A stretch of 62,143 nt of DNA, the filler included, from Vezdaea acicularis (Eukaryota), in NCBI GenBank assembly GCA_026025075.1. It is 4 parts of 4 records of this genome, joined end to end, with 100 filler letters (N's around TTAATTAATTAA, not from the genome) between each part and the next. Parts side by side here need not be neighbours in the genome. Positions count along the whole stretch, not along the records: positions 46,837 to 62,143 come from JAPEUI010000223.1; 3 more parts are not named here. One strand, 5' to 3'. The notes beneath the pieces were generated by a model. The model was not told the origin of the DNA. It was given only the letters and a program-made list of their open reading frames with translations, and did not search any database. Numbering within the stretch: the first letter of the stretch is position 1; each line of letters begins with the position of its first letter. Shown here one piece after another: positions 50,019 to 62,143 of this stretch. Both the position numbers and the translations under genes were made by a program.

Positions 50019-52010
50019 TCAAGCTTCCTCTTTTATCTTCCCTTCTACAGGCTCTTCTCCTGCTAGAACCCCTGCATCATTCTCAACCTTGACCTCCTCT
50101 ATCCTAGGCAATGTAACAGGCTTTTCGTCCACACTCTCTACGGGGCGCTCGGCCTGCCTCTCCATATCCTCAGTCATAAGCCCTTTCTCTTCCGCTTGTT
50201 GCTCAAGAGCGGTCGAAACTTCCACCATTGCTAGCGCTGATGCCACATCCTCTTTTCCGACGTTCCCTTCGGCTTGGGTAGTCGCAGGAGGAGGCGGCGC
50301 TTCCAGCGCTTCAGCTGAAGTGGGGATGTCGCGTATCACGTCCGATAATGGGGCCTCCTCTACTATTGCAGTTGTAATATCGGTTGTGGTCTGCGATACT
50401 GGTAAGCTAGGCGAGGCAGGTTTGAAAGGGGTTGATGGGTTGCCTGCTTGGTCGAGTTGGTCAGTTGTAGGCTGTGATGGTTCAAGTGTGGGATCTGAAG
50501 ATGCCTCTGCATTGGACGGGTAAAAAGTCGCGGTGTTAAGGTGAGGCGGAGGAGCGACAAGGGGGGATGTACCGGAGATGGGGAGTGTAGAGACAAGAGG
50601 AAGAGAGGGCACAGAAACCTGGGAGGCTTCGGAAGCAGGTAGTGGTATATGTGCTGGGCGCGATTCCGTGGCAGGATTAGAAGTCGGGACGTCAGCAATT
50701 GATACTAATGTTGGCCCTGAGGGATGTGCCAGATCGGTAGGAGAAGGTGGTCGGGGAGGAAGCGATGCATTCGACGTTTGAAGTGCTTCTGCATTATTAG
50801 CTTTGGGTCGCAAAGACTCTTCTAGCGAATCCAGGGGATCCGCAGGTCCAACTTCGATGTGAACAGGTTTCGGAGGTAGAGGGTGGTTGAGGGGGTGGCC
50901 AGGGGGTGGTGGTTCTGTGAGATTGACTGGGGGACTTATAGACGGTTTTGCAGCTTCAACGGCCTCGTCAGTCTCGGGTGCATCTGGCAACTCTCCGTCT
51001 TCTACCTCGTTTTCTTCGCCCTCTTCAACTTCCTCGCCCTCTTCCCCTTCGTCGGCTTCGTCATCTTCTTCGTCTCCATCACCCTCACCCATCTCGACTT
51101 CTTCGTTCGCGACACCATCTCGCAATCCATCCGACGTGCCTGCACCATCAGCCGAAGCAATCCCGTTATGAGACACGCCTTTAGTTGTGACTGTACCGTC
51201 AGGATTTGTGACCGTAGCTCCTTCTTGGCCAGGCACGAATGCGACCTTCTTCTTGCGGCCACGACCAGGTCCCTTCGGCTTTCTCCTTGGTGGGGGAGGT
51301 CTTCGTCGCGGCGGCGTTGGCTGGACAGCTACGGTGGCAACTAGGCCATCCACGCCGACAACTCCAGCTCCATCGCTAATTGCCCCAGTGCCTGAAGGGC
51401 CAGCAAGGGGTGCTTGCTCTAGTATCTCTCCTTCAACTTTTTGTCCCTCCACAACGTTGACCTCGCAAGTATAAGGGTTTCCATCAGAGTCAATACGCCG
51501 AACCTTCATTTTCCGCAAGTCTCCCATGGAGGGAGTTGGAATCGCCAGGTCGGCCGCAGAATGAAGCCCCTTCCGCTTCTTCGCGAGGTACTCAGGCTCT
51601 GGGCCCTCTAGATGCCTTGGGACAGCCACCCATCTTTTTGCCACAAATCCTTTTATCTCCTCCTTCTCCACATCCTCATCTGCTCCATCCTTCGGGTCTT
51701 CCTCCACAGGTGCGGGCTTATGGACTGTTCCTGCCCTGGCTCGCTGCAGAAGCGCTTGACTCATAGGGCTCAGCAGATGCGCTTCTCGCGGCATGGGTAG
51801 TTCAGATTGAAGATTTCGGTTGATAGCCACCTCTTGCTTTGGTGGGGCTCCAAAAATTGCTGGTTGGCGTCGCCATTGCCGCACAGGGATGCCTTCAAGA
51901 ATATCGTGGTCAACATAAGAACGGTTCGTCCGTCGAGTGTCGCGGTCGCGGTCTCGACCTGAGCGGAACTGCAGAAATTGAGAGGTTAGCTGCTCTGAAG
52001 ATGTGGACAT
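50019..52010 (-). CDS. Conserved hypothetical, largely disordered, probably nuclear protein (intronless, 663 aa)
   Basis: N-terminal VDHDILEGIPVRQWRR...ELPMPR..HLLSPMSQALL..ARAG, RWVAVPRHLEGPEPEYLAKKRKGL; NLS-like RRKPKGPGRGRKKK; acidic tract. Confidence 0.8.
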   Translation of the reverse strand: MSTSSEQLTSQFLQFRSGRDRDRDTRRTNRSYVDHDILEGIPVRQWRRQPAIFGAPPKQEVAINRNLQSELPMPREAHLLSPMSQALLQRARAGTVHKPAPVEEDPKDGADEDVEKEEIKGFVAKRWVAVPRHLEGPEPEYLAKKRKGLHSAADLAIPTPSMGDLRKMKVRRIDSDGNPYTCEVNVVEGQKVEGEILEQAPLAGPSGTGAISDGAGVVGVDGLVATVAVQPTPPRRRPPPPRRKPKGPGRGRKKKVAFVPGQEGATVTNPDGTVTTKGVSHNGIASADGAGTSDGLRDGVANEEVEMGEGDGDEEDDEADEGEEGEEVEEGEENEVEDGELPDAPETDEAVEAAKPSISPPVNLTEPPPPGHPLNHPLPPKPVHIEVGPADPLDSLEESLRPKANNAEALQTSNASLPPRPPSPTDLAHPSGPTLVSIADVPTSNPATESRPAHIPLPASEASQVSVPSLPLVSTLPISGTSPLVAPPPHLNTATFYPSNAEASSDPTLEPSQPTTDQLDQAGNPSTPFKPASPSLPVSQTTTDITTAIVEEAPLSDVIRDIPTSAEALEAPPPPATTQAEGNVGKEDVASALAMVEVSTALEQQAEEKGLMTEDMERQAERPVESVDEKPVTLPRIEEVKVENDAGVLAGEEPVEGKIKEEA

Positions 52011-52737
52011 AGAATCAGGCCCTGTTGTTTAGGAATGTAAAAGGGTTACGGTAGTATTTATGTCCACACCCGTACGGGAGAGTGGAGACTTCGAGCCATC
52101 AAGGAGAGAGAACTCCATCACTACAGACGTGAAAATCGTGGAAACACTTACTGAAACCATGGCTCCAAAAAGTTCTGAGCAATACAGTGACCTAGCAGCT
52201 TATTGGCACCCAAAGCAGTAAGGGCTAGAAAGAGCGCCGCGGATTCAATCAGTGTTGGCGCATGAGAGAAGTGAATCGCTGGATGAGGCAGGGACGCTCG
52301 CGATGTGAAGCTGGTGGTGTCTTCGTCCGCGCCGCTAACCGAGATCTGAAGGATCGCGAAAAGAGCAAGCGCAAGCGCGTTATCTCCCGGTTCATAGGAG
52401 GCTTGCATGATGCTCGACGCAAATAGACGTTAGTCGATTTGAGCTGAGTTTCGTAAATTCTAGAAATAATTATGATTGTACATTAAGCTGCGCTCAGAAA
52501 GACATGCTTATTGCTTTGAATTTCACCACGTGATGTCATCACTTATACACTTGCATGGGATGCTTCGACAGAGTATGAAAGAAGTGAGTTAGAGTAACCC
52601 ACGTCACAGAAACCTTGCGATATTTGATGACCTTTTGTACATGTATACAGAGAAAACCAAGGGAGTTCTCCCAGAATGCAACTGTTCCCTACCCTTCCCT
52701 TGATGATGATCGTGATACATTCATGAACGCAAAGTCC

Positions 52738-53569
52738 TCAAGTCCACCTACATAGGAGATCAGCTTGCGTCAGAGACGATATTGCAATTAGATTAGGGGT
52801 TTGAAGGTTAGAAGATAGATCTAGCTTACCCATGTTCTTTTTGCCGAACAATGCCCCCTGACTTCCCTGTCTGCTTGCCCTTGATTCCTGGCGTTAGCAT
52901 ACTTGAACAATCAAAAGTGAATTGGTGATCCAGTTAGGATAATTCAGATCGAGAGAACATCAAGTCATGACTTACTGATTTTCCTCCTTCAACTACTAAC
53001 CGATCTAGTTGGAAGAATTGACTGACAACTGTCTGCCTCTGTAAGAACCATTGCAAATTAGCCTTTCTCCCAGCACCTGTAGGATGAAGCCGCAGCTCTT
53101 GCGAGGTCGTGTGTCGTGTGGCCCCGTGTGCTCCATATGTGTGACCCTTAAACCCTCCGTTATTGTATGGGGCCTTGCCAAATCCCTCTCTACTCGCCGC
53201 ATCTGAGTGGCTGAACCGCATACCTTTAACATTTGTAGCTCCTTAAGGCCCTTTTGCATCAGTTCCTGCACCTGTCTTTCGTCCTTCAATCCAGCATGCT
53301 CCCTGAATGCATCTTTTGTTCTCCGCTTTGCATATTCTCTGAAGTTGTAGGCGGCAAATTGATTTGCCTGCCGGATGAGTGAGCGATACTGTCGTTAAAA
53401 GTCGTTAGCAACAGTTTTGGTAGTTTGAAGCATCTAAGAATGCGTTTGAAAAACGGAGGAAGACTGATATAGAAGAAATAGCAGAGAATGGCGAATGTTA
53501 TGACCAAAAACATACCAAGGATCGAGCTTGGAAGGGTGCATCGCCATGCGCTAGCTTGGCCACAGACAT
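52738..53569 (-). CDS. ISD11: LYR-motif protein Isd11/LYRM4 (Fe-S cluster assembly), 5 exons
   Basis: [48 protein letters not shown]...[35 protein letters not shown]...|WT*. Confidence 0.93.
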
Positions 53570-53771
53570 TCCAACAGATAGGCACTTCCTAGGAAGAGAG
53601 TTGAGGGATGTTATTGAGATTTCAGCATTTGAACGTAGTAAATGCAGAAATATTTAGATAGATAGAAAAGAAGCGCGTCATCGGAATATGCCGAACCATA
53701 TATTTCTGATGATCCCTGCCGCCAAACAATCATTCCTTCTTCGCAATGATAACTACATGGCAGCATAATTC

Positions 53772-54688
53772 ATGGCGACAATCTTGCGGCGCAAGTTCCC
53801 TGTGCAAAGATGTAGACAATCGAATACTGCCTTGATGGCAGCTACGACACTTGTTCACCGCCAACCATTCTCAGTATTGAATCGCCCTGCTCCCAATTAC
53901 CCCGGCCATGTCCCTCTGACGCCCCTCGAGCGGGGTGCTCTGGCGATCGGTTCAGCAATTGGTTCTCTAATAAACCCACGCCGAGGGGGTAATGATCCCC
54001 ATATTCTTTCGAGTAAATATAGCCTTAAAGTAACGCCCGTGTCCCAGATCTCGTCGCTGCCCTAGGCGAGGCAACTGCAACGCCCTACTTCATATATCGC
54101 CTGCGGGATACCATGCTCTCGGATTCTACCGGTCGACGTATATTACGAGACCGGCCCCGGATTACTTCTAAGACCCTTTCACTCGAGCATCTGCGAAGCC
54201 TTCCCGTGAAAAGCGTTGGCCACGCCTACGCCGCATGGCTGGACCGCGAAGGCGTCACTCCCGATACCCGCTCAGCCGTCTCATTCATTGACGATGAAGA
54301 GTGCGCATACGTGATGCAGCGCTATCGCGAATGCCATGACTTCTACCATGCTCTGACAGGCTTGCCGGTGGTCGTCGAGGGAGAGATTGCGCTCAAGGCT
54401 TTTGAATTCGCTAACACACTATTACCGATGACCGGATTGAGCCTCTTTGCGTTTCTGAGGCTCAAAAAGGTGGAGAGGAGCAGGTTTTTGAGTACGTATT
54501 TGCCGTGGGCAATAAGTAACGGACTCAAGGCGAAGGAGGTAATTAACGTGTACTGGGAGGAGCAGCTAGAAAGAGATGTAGATGACTTAAGGTCGGAGTT
54601 GGGGATCGAGGCACCCCCTGATCTGAGGGAGGCAAGAAAGCAGGCGAGAGAGAAGTTAAGGGCTGAGAAAGAAGGGAGAAATAGGTGA
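53772..54688 (+). CDS. COQ4: Ubiquinone biosynthesis protein Coq4, 2 exons
   Basis: [55 protein letters not shown]...[10 protein letters not shown] (HDxxH-E metal motif). Confidence 0.95.
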
Positions 54689-55222
54689 CATCGGATTTTC
54701 TATCTGCAGAACTTTGGGTATTCAACTCGGCGTTCTGGAGCTACTCAGGCATACATCTTATGGCCGTATTCAGAGGTGCTGCATCCTTTATGAGAATAGT
54801 TACCCTCAACCATCGAAGAAGCTGCTATTTTGGTGAGAAGGAGGTCCATCAGCCTGCGAAGTGCTCCCTTTGCCCTTTAAAGCCATTTTTCACGAATCCA
54901 CTTCTCCTCTGATCACTATCTTTATTATCCGGGCTTTCTATTCCTGTGACAACGTGCAAGCAAGGGAATGAGCCTACGGCTACGATTTCCTAGTGATGAT
55001 ATGGAAATTTGGCTATGTCAGTGGAAGGCAAATCAATAGTATCAACATGCTTCATGGATGGCTTCCTGCATCAGCCACTCACAAAGTGAAGGAAGCGATA
55101 TCTGCCCACCGTGTATTTCGGTCAGCATTTGTGTACATTTTAACAGCCTTGCTAAAATGGACCACCGACGCCTGCAGATGCATCGCAACGCTCCTCGCCC
55201 CTACCTCTCACAACCCACTGTC

Positions 55223-55755
55223 TTATAGCCCCAGCAAATCATCATCGTCCTCGTCTCCCCACCCGCCTTTCCTGCGACTGACGACAATCCTCTCCTCGTC
55301 CCTACTATTCTCTGCAACGGCACCAAGAAGTTCCTTCAGTTGCTCCTCAGTGACTTTCTGCCGTAGCTGCCCAGATCTTGCGAGCGTAATGAGCCTGTTC
55401 TCTACTTCTACCGCGCGTGATTCTTTCACGAGTCGGATTCGGTTCAGGCGGTCGATGGCGTCGGGGAGGAGGATTTGGTTTAGGATGGATTTGCGTGCTT
55501 CCGCTAGAAAGAAGAGAGTTAGTATACCAGTATCTAGATGAAGTGAAGGTGTGGGTCCTGAGGATCTACCTTCTTGTTCCTGCCGTTGCTCGTCCTGTTC
55601 GGGAGAGCCACCCCCACGGCTAAGGCCACCCCCACCAGGGCCGGCTTGTTGTTGGAGCTGCGCCAGACGCGCTTTCCGTATCTAGGAAGAAGTCAGTCGG
55701 ATGTTTGGGGGGCGGGAGAGAGTGCACCGACTTGTTCGAGGTCTGCGTCAGACAT
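55223..55755 (-). CDS. PDCD5/Sdd2 dsDNA-binding domain protein, 3 exons
   Basis: MSDADLEQ|IRKARLAQL...|EARKSILNQILLPDAIDRLNRIRLVKESRAVEVENRLITLARSGQLRQKVTEEQLKELL. Confidence 0.9.
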
Positions 55756-57029
55756 ATTTCATTCGTGGTGGGGCTTGATCGACAGAGGGGCCGAAACATA
55801 TCGGCTCTTGAGAGCCTTTGCCGTATGGCAGCGTCGTGCTGCTCGCCGTACTCGCTAGGTTCATGCATAGCACCGCTACAGGCAAGTCACGCTCCGAACT
55901 TCCCACGAACCCGACGCGAAGAGCTTGGGCCACCACCCAACCCACGAACGTTTTGTTCTAATTGCGGAAACACGGGACGACAATGCACTCTGGATGACGG
56001 AATGGGGCGCTGGACAGTCGTGGCAGCCAGCGGGCAAGACAGGTCCAGGGGTACTTCCAGGGTTCTGGGCCTGAGGCGTTGAGATTGCGGGCGTTGAGCC
56101 ATGGCACGTCGATACGAATCGAGAGAGTATAAATCTCCTGAAGGGCCTGTCGCGAGGCCTGGGCTGGAGCTATTGGCTGAGGGCTGAGAGATTGTTGGGC
56201 TAGAACGCTACCCGTGCGAAGCGAGGAGTTCCGAGGGCTTCGTCACCCTGTCTTGAGCACGGTTGCGGAACGACAGAGAATTGATCGCATTGATGATCCA
56301 TCATCGTCATGTCGGAGTAATGGGGAAGCTCCTTGCATTCCTGCCGTCCTGCTGTCCCCTCCGCATGTCCACATCAGTTGTATGCGCACAAGTGGGGGAT
56401 GTACTGTAGCGTTGCTGCTTGATAGCGGCGTCAGGCCGGATGCGCTGAGTGACCGGGGTGGCCGGGGTGGATCCTCGACTCTGTGGTTGGCGGAAGAGTA
56501 AAGCGGCAGAGGCCAATGACGAGAGGGCTCCTCGCCGGGCGCAGGGACTGGCGGTGGGTTCGCTGCAGTGCGCCCAAGCACACCCCAGCACAATCCCGGC
56601 CCGAGCTCGACCAAATGGTGGACGGCGAAAAAGTGGATTGCGGCGATCAGCGGAATAAGGTCACGATCGCTACCCTCAGTGTCACCACATCCGCTGTCTC
56701 TCTTACTTCTCACAACTTATCGACGTCTCTCGTCGACCTCGAACCTCCGTCGACATCAACCTTTCGTGTTAAACTAGAATCATGAGAGGGCGCGAACACC
56801 ATCTGGCGTGACGATCTCGCCCATCCTCATCCTTCTCGCTCGCCTCGGCCGCTAATTCCATCACCGCCTTTGTTTCGTTCCTTTCTTCTGTAGCAAGCTA
56901 GATTCTGCCACCGAGGTTGCGTCTGCCGAGTCTAGACGTCCGTCTTCACCTTCTTCCTTCTCCGAGAATCAATTCTCAATCAACCCTGGCAGCGCTTCCG
57001 ACAGTAGGACTGCCTGCTGTCCTGTCATT

Positions 57030-59431
57030 CTGGCTGAGTACGACCGAACCCGGCTTCTTAAATCCGATCCAAATTCCCCTCCCCCTCCACTCTATCCTTA
57101 CTTTGTGCTACGCAACATACTGCCGTCTGCGTGTTGGCATCTCATGATGCTCTGTCACCTTCATTCGTTGACCCATTGATCTAGTTTTCTTTACTCTACC
57201 GCCTGGGGTCAGACCCGAGGCTTTGGCGCTCCACGCTCATCTTCACACACTCGCTCATACTCAACGACACCCAAGCGATCACCTTCTCCCAATCCTGTGA
57301 CAAAGTCTAAATCGACAACTACTCTTTCCAAGATGGCTGCCGTTACAACAGCTCCTGGCATTCCTAGCTTTCGATTGCATTCGGACTCAGATCTAGTCAC
57401 GACATTACCAGACCCACGAAGTCGGAGTGGGACGCCTAGCACGCCGGTGAGGAATGGCAGTGCTACACCAACACATCACCCAGACCTAAGCAACGAGGTA
57501 GCCATGCTCAGCAATAAGCTTATCGATGCCATCAATCATCAGACCAACTTAGACGACACACTGGCGGATACTCGTCATGAATTGGGGGCTGCTAGGACAC
57601 AAATTAGTCAGCTAGAGGCTAGAGCGCAGGAGCAAGCAGAGATGATAGCGAGCGGCGTGCTGGTACAGAGGAGTGAAGTTGAGAGGCAGAGAAGTAATCT
57701 TCTGCAGGCGGTGGAGGATGAGAAAACCAAGAGAAACGCGGTCGAGAAAGAAAAGAAGGAGATTGAACAAGAGCTCGAGTCCCTTACCGGTGCCCTATTT
57801 GAGGAAGCAAATAAGGTACGGCTCCGATATTCACTTCTGTGTCGACAATGCTAACCGGATTCAAGATGGTTGCTGCTGCTCGGAAAGAGCGGGACGCAGT
57901 GGAGAAGAAGAACGAGCAGCTGAAGTCCCAGCTTAATGAAAAGGAGCTTCTATTGGCCTCACATCAGGAACAGCTGACAGAGCTCAAGTCCGTCTTGCAG
58001 CAAATGGGCTCTGAAAGAGACGAGATGGAGACGAACACCAACATCTCTACCGCGCCATCGACACCTGCTCTTGGAACCCGTGATAGCAAGGAGAACCTCG
58101 AAAAGGTCATCGAAGCCTTGCATTTATCCCCCAACACTCCCGGCACGTCCGATGTACCCCCAGCGTGCCCCACAAGCTTCTCACATCTTGTGCATCCTGT
58201 TCTCCGGCACGACCTACACGCGTATGAGGATTTCGGTTCTCTTCTTCGAATGGGCCGTCAAAGCGCCCCATCAAGTCGGGTGAACAGCGGCTCATATGGC
58301 GGCCTTAATGTGATGGGACTGGGCAGCCTATCACAGCACAACTCTGTCATCATTCCCGCCAATAATGGATCGTCCTCTTCTCTCTCAACCGTCGCTACCC
58401 TCAATTCGACACCTACAACCCCCATCACTCCTGCATCCTCCGTCAGTAACGGCTCAGCTCGAGATGTCCCAGACCCTCTTGTTCCCCTCAAAGAGACCCG
58501 TTTTTACAAACGTGCATTAGTAGAAGACATCGAACCCACTCTCCGACTCGACACAGCTCCGGGCCTCTCCTGGCTTGCGCGTAGAACAGTGCTCACAAGC
58601 ATTGCTGAAGGCAATCTAATCGTGGAGCCCTCGCCCGCGTTGCACCGACTTTACATGAGCCCTTGCAGTCTCTGCGGCGAGAAGCGCAAGGACGAGGAAC
58701 ACGCTCGCAATTACCGCTTCCGTACTAGCGACAAGGATAAGAATGGCCAGGCCTACCCTCTCTGCGGATACTGCCTAGGGCGCATGCGCGCTGCGTGTGA
58801 CTTCCTTGGCTTCCTCAGGATGGTCCGCGACGGTTACTGGCGCACCGAGGGCGAGGAGGGCATCAAGGGCGCGTGGGAAGAGAGCGTGAGGTTGAGGGAG
58901 CGCATGTTCTGGGCGCGTATGGGCGGGGGAGTGGTTCCTGCCTTTCTGAACGTCAGGGAAGCCAGTCCACGCAGTAGCGAGGCGGACGAACGCAGTAGGA
59001 GTCTGGAGAACGCCAGGAGAAGTAAGGAGCTGGAGGAGAAGGAAACAGAACGTGAGAAGTTGACCGTGGAGGATCCGTTCAAGAGCTTTGTTAAACGTGT
59101 GAGCATCGGCAAGACCGTCCTGACGGCGGAGCAAAAGAGTGAGCTTCGCGCTGTGGACGATCCATCGGAGATTGACAAGCAGAAGGCCTTGCCAGATACT
59201 CCAAAAGACGAGGAGACATTTGTGGATGTCCAGGAGGAGATACCGGGCACCTTTCCTTCGGCAGCTCAAGCCAAAGACCCTACATCCGAACCGTCTCGCC
59301 AGGAGAATATTGATCCCTCGGGTGGTCGCGACTCCCTGCGTTCGGATAGCTCAGCAACTATGACGCCAGGCTCGCGCCGCTCATCATTAATGGGCGCAGA
59401 TCGCCTTTCCATCAGCATTCCGAGTTCATAA
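57030..59431 (+). CDS. SEC2: Rab GEF Sec2; start uncertain (CTG 57030 or ATG 57333)
   Basis: HPDLSNEVAMLSNKLIDAINHQT, coiled coil EKKEIEQELESLTGALFEEANK|MVAAAR, LKETRFYKRALVEDIEPTLRLD..PGLSWL, CSLCGE, YPLCGYC, WEESVRLRERMFWAR. Confidence 0.92.
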
Positions 59432-60314
59432 TCCTAATACACTTATACATAAATCTCTCTTTTTACTATTCACAACCTATACGAAGCAAGCAGCGATCGG
59501 TCTTGCTGAAACCTGGGCATACTCGCTGAACAGCTCCACCGCTTTCACAAACTTAAAACATTAATGACTAATTCGAAGCGAGCAAGCAGAACTGGCTATG
59601 ACGGTGCTTTGGTGGGGCTTGGAATCATGGCGTTTGGTGTTTGAATCGTCTCCATCGCTGGCTTCGGCTTAGCTTGTATGATAGATGAGTCGATAGAGAT
59701 GTATAGACTTTCATTGCTGGAGGAAAGGAGATTGAAAATTCATAAGATTGAACTTAAATCTGCACAAGATTTCTATCAATCTAGATATTTGTGACTAAGG
59801 ATGCCATCTACTGTAGTTGCGTTCCCGCCTAGTCCCCAGATGCACGAAAATAGAATTGTGATATCTGCGCCGCATCAGCACCAACAACATTTGAAATTGC
59901 AGGGGGCATCGCTCCGAAGTCGATATCATCGACATGTCGTCCAACGACGTGATGGAAAGCATTATCACAATGCCTTCCATAGAAATAATCTCCAAGTTCC
60001 TATCTGACTACACATTAAATCCTCCTCGGTCTTTGAGTTTAGCCAAAAGCTACGACTTCACGTTCGCGGCACCGCCGCCTATTTCTGCACGAATGCGGCA
60101 CGAACACTCACGCTATTAACCACTGAGTGACCACGCTGAGCGTCTAATGAGAACTTCTAGGACTCTCCTTTACGAATTTGCCACTGCGCCTCTTTACTCG
60201 ATCTGAGAGTCTTTTCGTTCACCTCTGCCTTTGCTGGTCATGGCTATTATCTCATCTTCCATCATTGGTGCCTAAAACCACGGTGAACCGTGCACTGTGC
60301 TTCTCTCGTTGAAA

Positions 60315-62143
60315 ATGTTTCCTAAGGCCGTTACTCTGGCCGCTGCGATCTTGCAGCTTTTCTTTCTTCCTGTTGCGAGCAATGATTTCCTTCCTTCAGG
60401 TTTGACGGTCTGGTTCTGGCAAGCCTGTGAGATTTGCCCCTGGTCCTGGGCGAACTTTCGTCACCTGGAGATCTCCCAATGTCGAGATCCGTACTGACTG
60501 CTCCATAGCGATCGTCGTTGGGAACTGGCTCTATATAGAAGGTGGCGAGACTTGGAATGCTTCGAATACTGCAACATGGAGTGAGCCCGCCGTCCACGAC
60601 CTCAAATCACTGCCCGGGATACTAATGCTCTCAAAATAGACACGCAGACCTTCGCGATTGACATTTCGCAATCATGGACGACCTCCACGGTCAACGTTGT
60701 TAGCCATAACAAAACCGGCGACAAGAACCTCTCTGTCCGCCGGCCCACGCTCTGGTACTCTCCTCAGAATAACATAGTCTATTGCTACGGCGGCGAGCCC
60801 TACTACCGTAAGGATGGCGTCTCCGTCTGGGGATTCACGCCGGACGGGCATGGCGGCGCAGAATGGACGGAGCAATTCCAGAAGGGCGACTCCTCCTCTT
60901 TCACGAACTTTACACGCCCCGCCGGCAGCTTGAGCGCGGCCTCTCCCACCACGGCTTACAACCTGGGCGGTTACACCAATTCGTACACCGATCCCGACCT
61001 CCCTTTCATATACGGCTACACGCCCGCCGTTACAGGCATGGCGACCTTCGACTACTCGAGCGAGACATGGAAGAACCAGACCACCGATGGCGCGTTCGCC
61101 ATTCTGGGTGAAGGGCAGTACATCCCCATCTTCGGGAAGCAGGGGGTTCTTATCTTTATCGGCGGCGATGCGCCGACAAGCCAGACGTACAGTCTGGGCG
61201 CGAGCCTGGTGCCCATGTCAACCGTCACCGTGTACGATATCGCAAGCCAGCGCTTCTACAAACAGACGGCTGGCGGCCAGGTCCCGCAGAGCCGCGCGAT
61301 GTTCTGCTCTGTCGCGGTCGGGGCGGCCGACAACACATCGTATGAAATGTATGCTCCCATTGTTTACCTCTTTCCCCTTTCCCGCTTCGAGTAGAGGGGC
61401 GTGTCCGCAGACCATACTAACTCCCCTCTCCCGCCAAAGCTACATCTTCGGCGGCCAAACCGGCTCAACCCCAAGCTCCAGCCTCTACACCGACCTCTCA
61501 ACCGTATACATCCTCACCCTCCCCGCATTCACCTGGCTACCCGTCACGAACGCAACGTCGCGCTTCCGCGCCGCGCACCACTGCTCCGTCATCGGCCAGC
61601 GCCAGATGCTCTCTATCGGCGGCTTCACCGGCACCTTCCCCCCACAACCGGACAACCTCCCCAACGGCCTCGGCGTCTTCGACCTGACCGACCTCAAATG
61701 GGGCCCTAGCTACGACAGCAACGCCGCCCCCTACGAGCGCCCCAATCTCGTGCAGGACTATTACAACGGCAACCCGCGCTACCCAAACACCTGGGCCGAC
61801 CCGGCCCTAGCCTCCATCTTCACCGTAGCCGCCACGTCGCCTAAGTCCGGAACAGGCGCGTCCCCGCAAAAACGCCACAACACAGGCGCCATCGCGGGCG
61901 GTGTCGTCGGCGGCCTAGCCGCGCTCGCCCTCTTCGCCGCTCTCGCCTTTTGGCTGCTACGCCGGAGGAAACAGAGAGCCGACGGTGTGCTCGGTGGGCG
62001 AAAGTCGCGGTATACTATGCCTGGCTTCTCGAGGTCGGGCTCCAAGAAAGTCCAGCCCTTGTATGAACCGGCGGTGCAGCAAAGTCCCGTTGAGGCGGAT
62101 GGCAGAGAGACCCAGCCGGCTAGGTATGAGTTGTTGGGCAGTA
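60315..62143 (+). CDS. Secreted kelch-repeat type I membrane protein; runs off the window end
   Basis: Signal peptide MFPKAVTLAAAILQLFFLPVA; kelch-like GNWLYIEGGE, YCYGG, YNLGG, LIFIGG, YIFGG, VYILTLPAFTW; TM GAIAGGVVGGLAALALFAALAFWLL-RRRK. Confidence 0.85.

Noticed and set aside
52494..52544. GTGATGA...CTGA on the minus strand as a C/D snoRNA
   Set aside because: Only ~49 nt, no D'/C' pair or intron context, no recognisable guide

Overview
This is eukaryotic DNA from a filamentous ascomycete (Pezizomycotina-like: TTAGGG telomere, short GT-AG introns with CTRAY branch sites). The window starts at a chromosome end. It consists of four sequence blocks joined by artificial 44N-TTAATTAATTAA-44N spacers, so adjacency across the gaps is not proven. 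It is gene-dense, with about 26 mostly housekeeping genes: PUS7, poly(A) polymerase, a DUF2235 hydrolase, a fatty-acid elongase, PS decarboxylase, TIM10, mitochondrial LysRS, an SRA protein, a BTB protein, CSN12-like, RPL20, SEC61-beta, xylose reductase, SDS22, OAC1, SWD2, WDR44-like, pantothenate kinase, ISD11, COQ4, PDCD5, SEC2 and a kelch membrane protein, among others. I saw no transposon, CRISPR array, tRNA or rRNA. The most notable observations are: (1) a well-formed box C/D snoRNA with no target I could identify, inside the 5'-UTR intron of the mitochondrial LysRS gene; (2) core genes within 1-4 kb of the telomere with essentially no subtelomere; (3) a charge-segregated RGG/glycine-zipper/(T-T-Y-D-x)n repeat protein; (4) a candidate CUG-initiated SEC2; (5) an 18-bp minisatellite reading as a decayed YQDNAT repeat; (6) a recurring C-rich 5' to G-rich 3' skew inside genes that points to possible hidden transcription units. 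All identifications come from motif recognition by eye; no searches were run.
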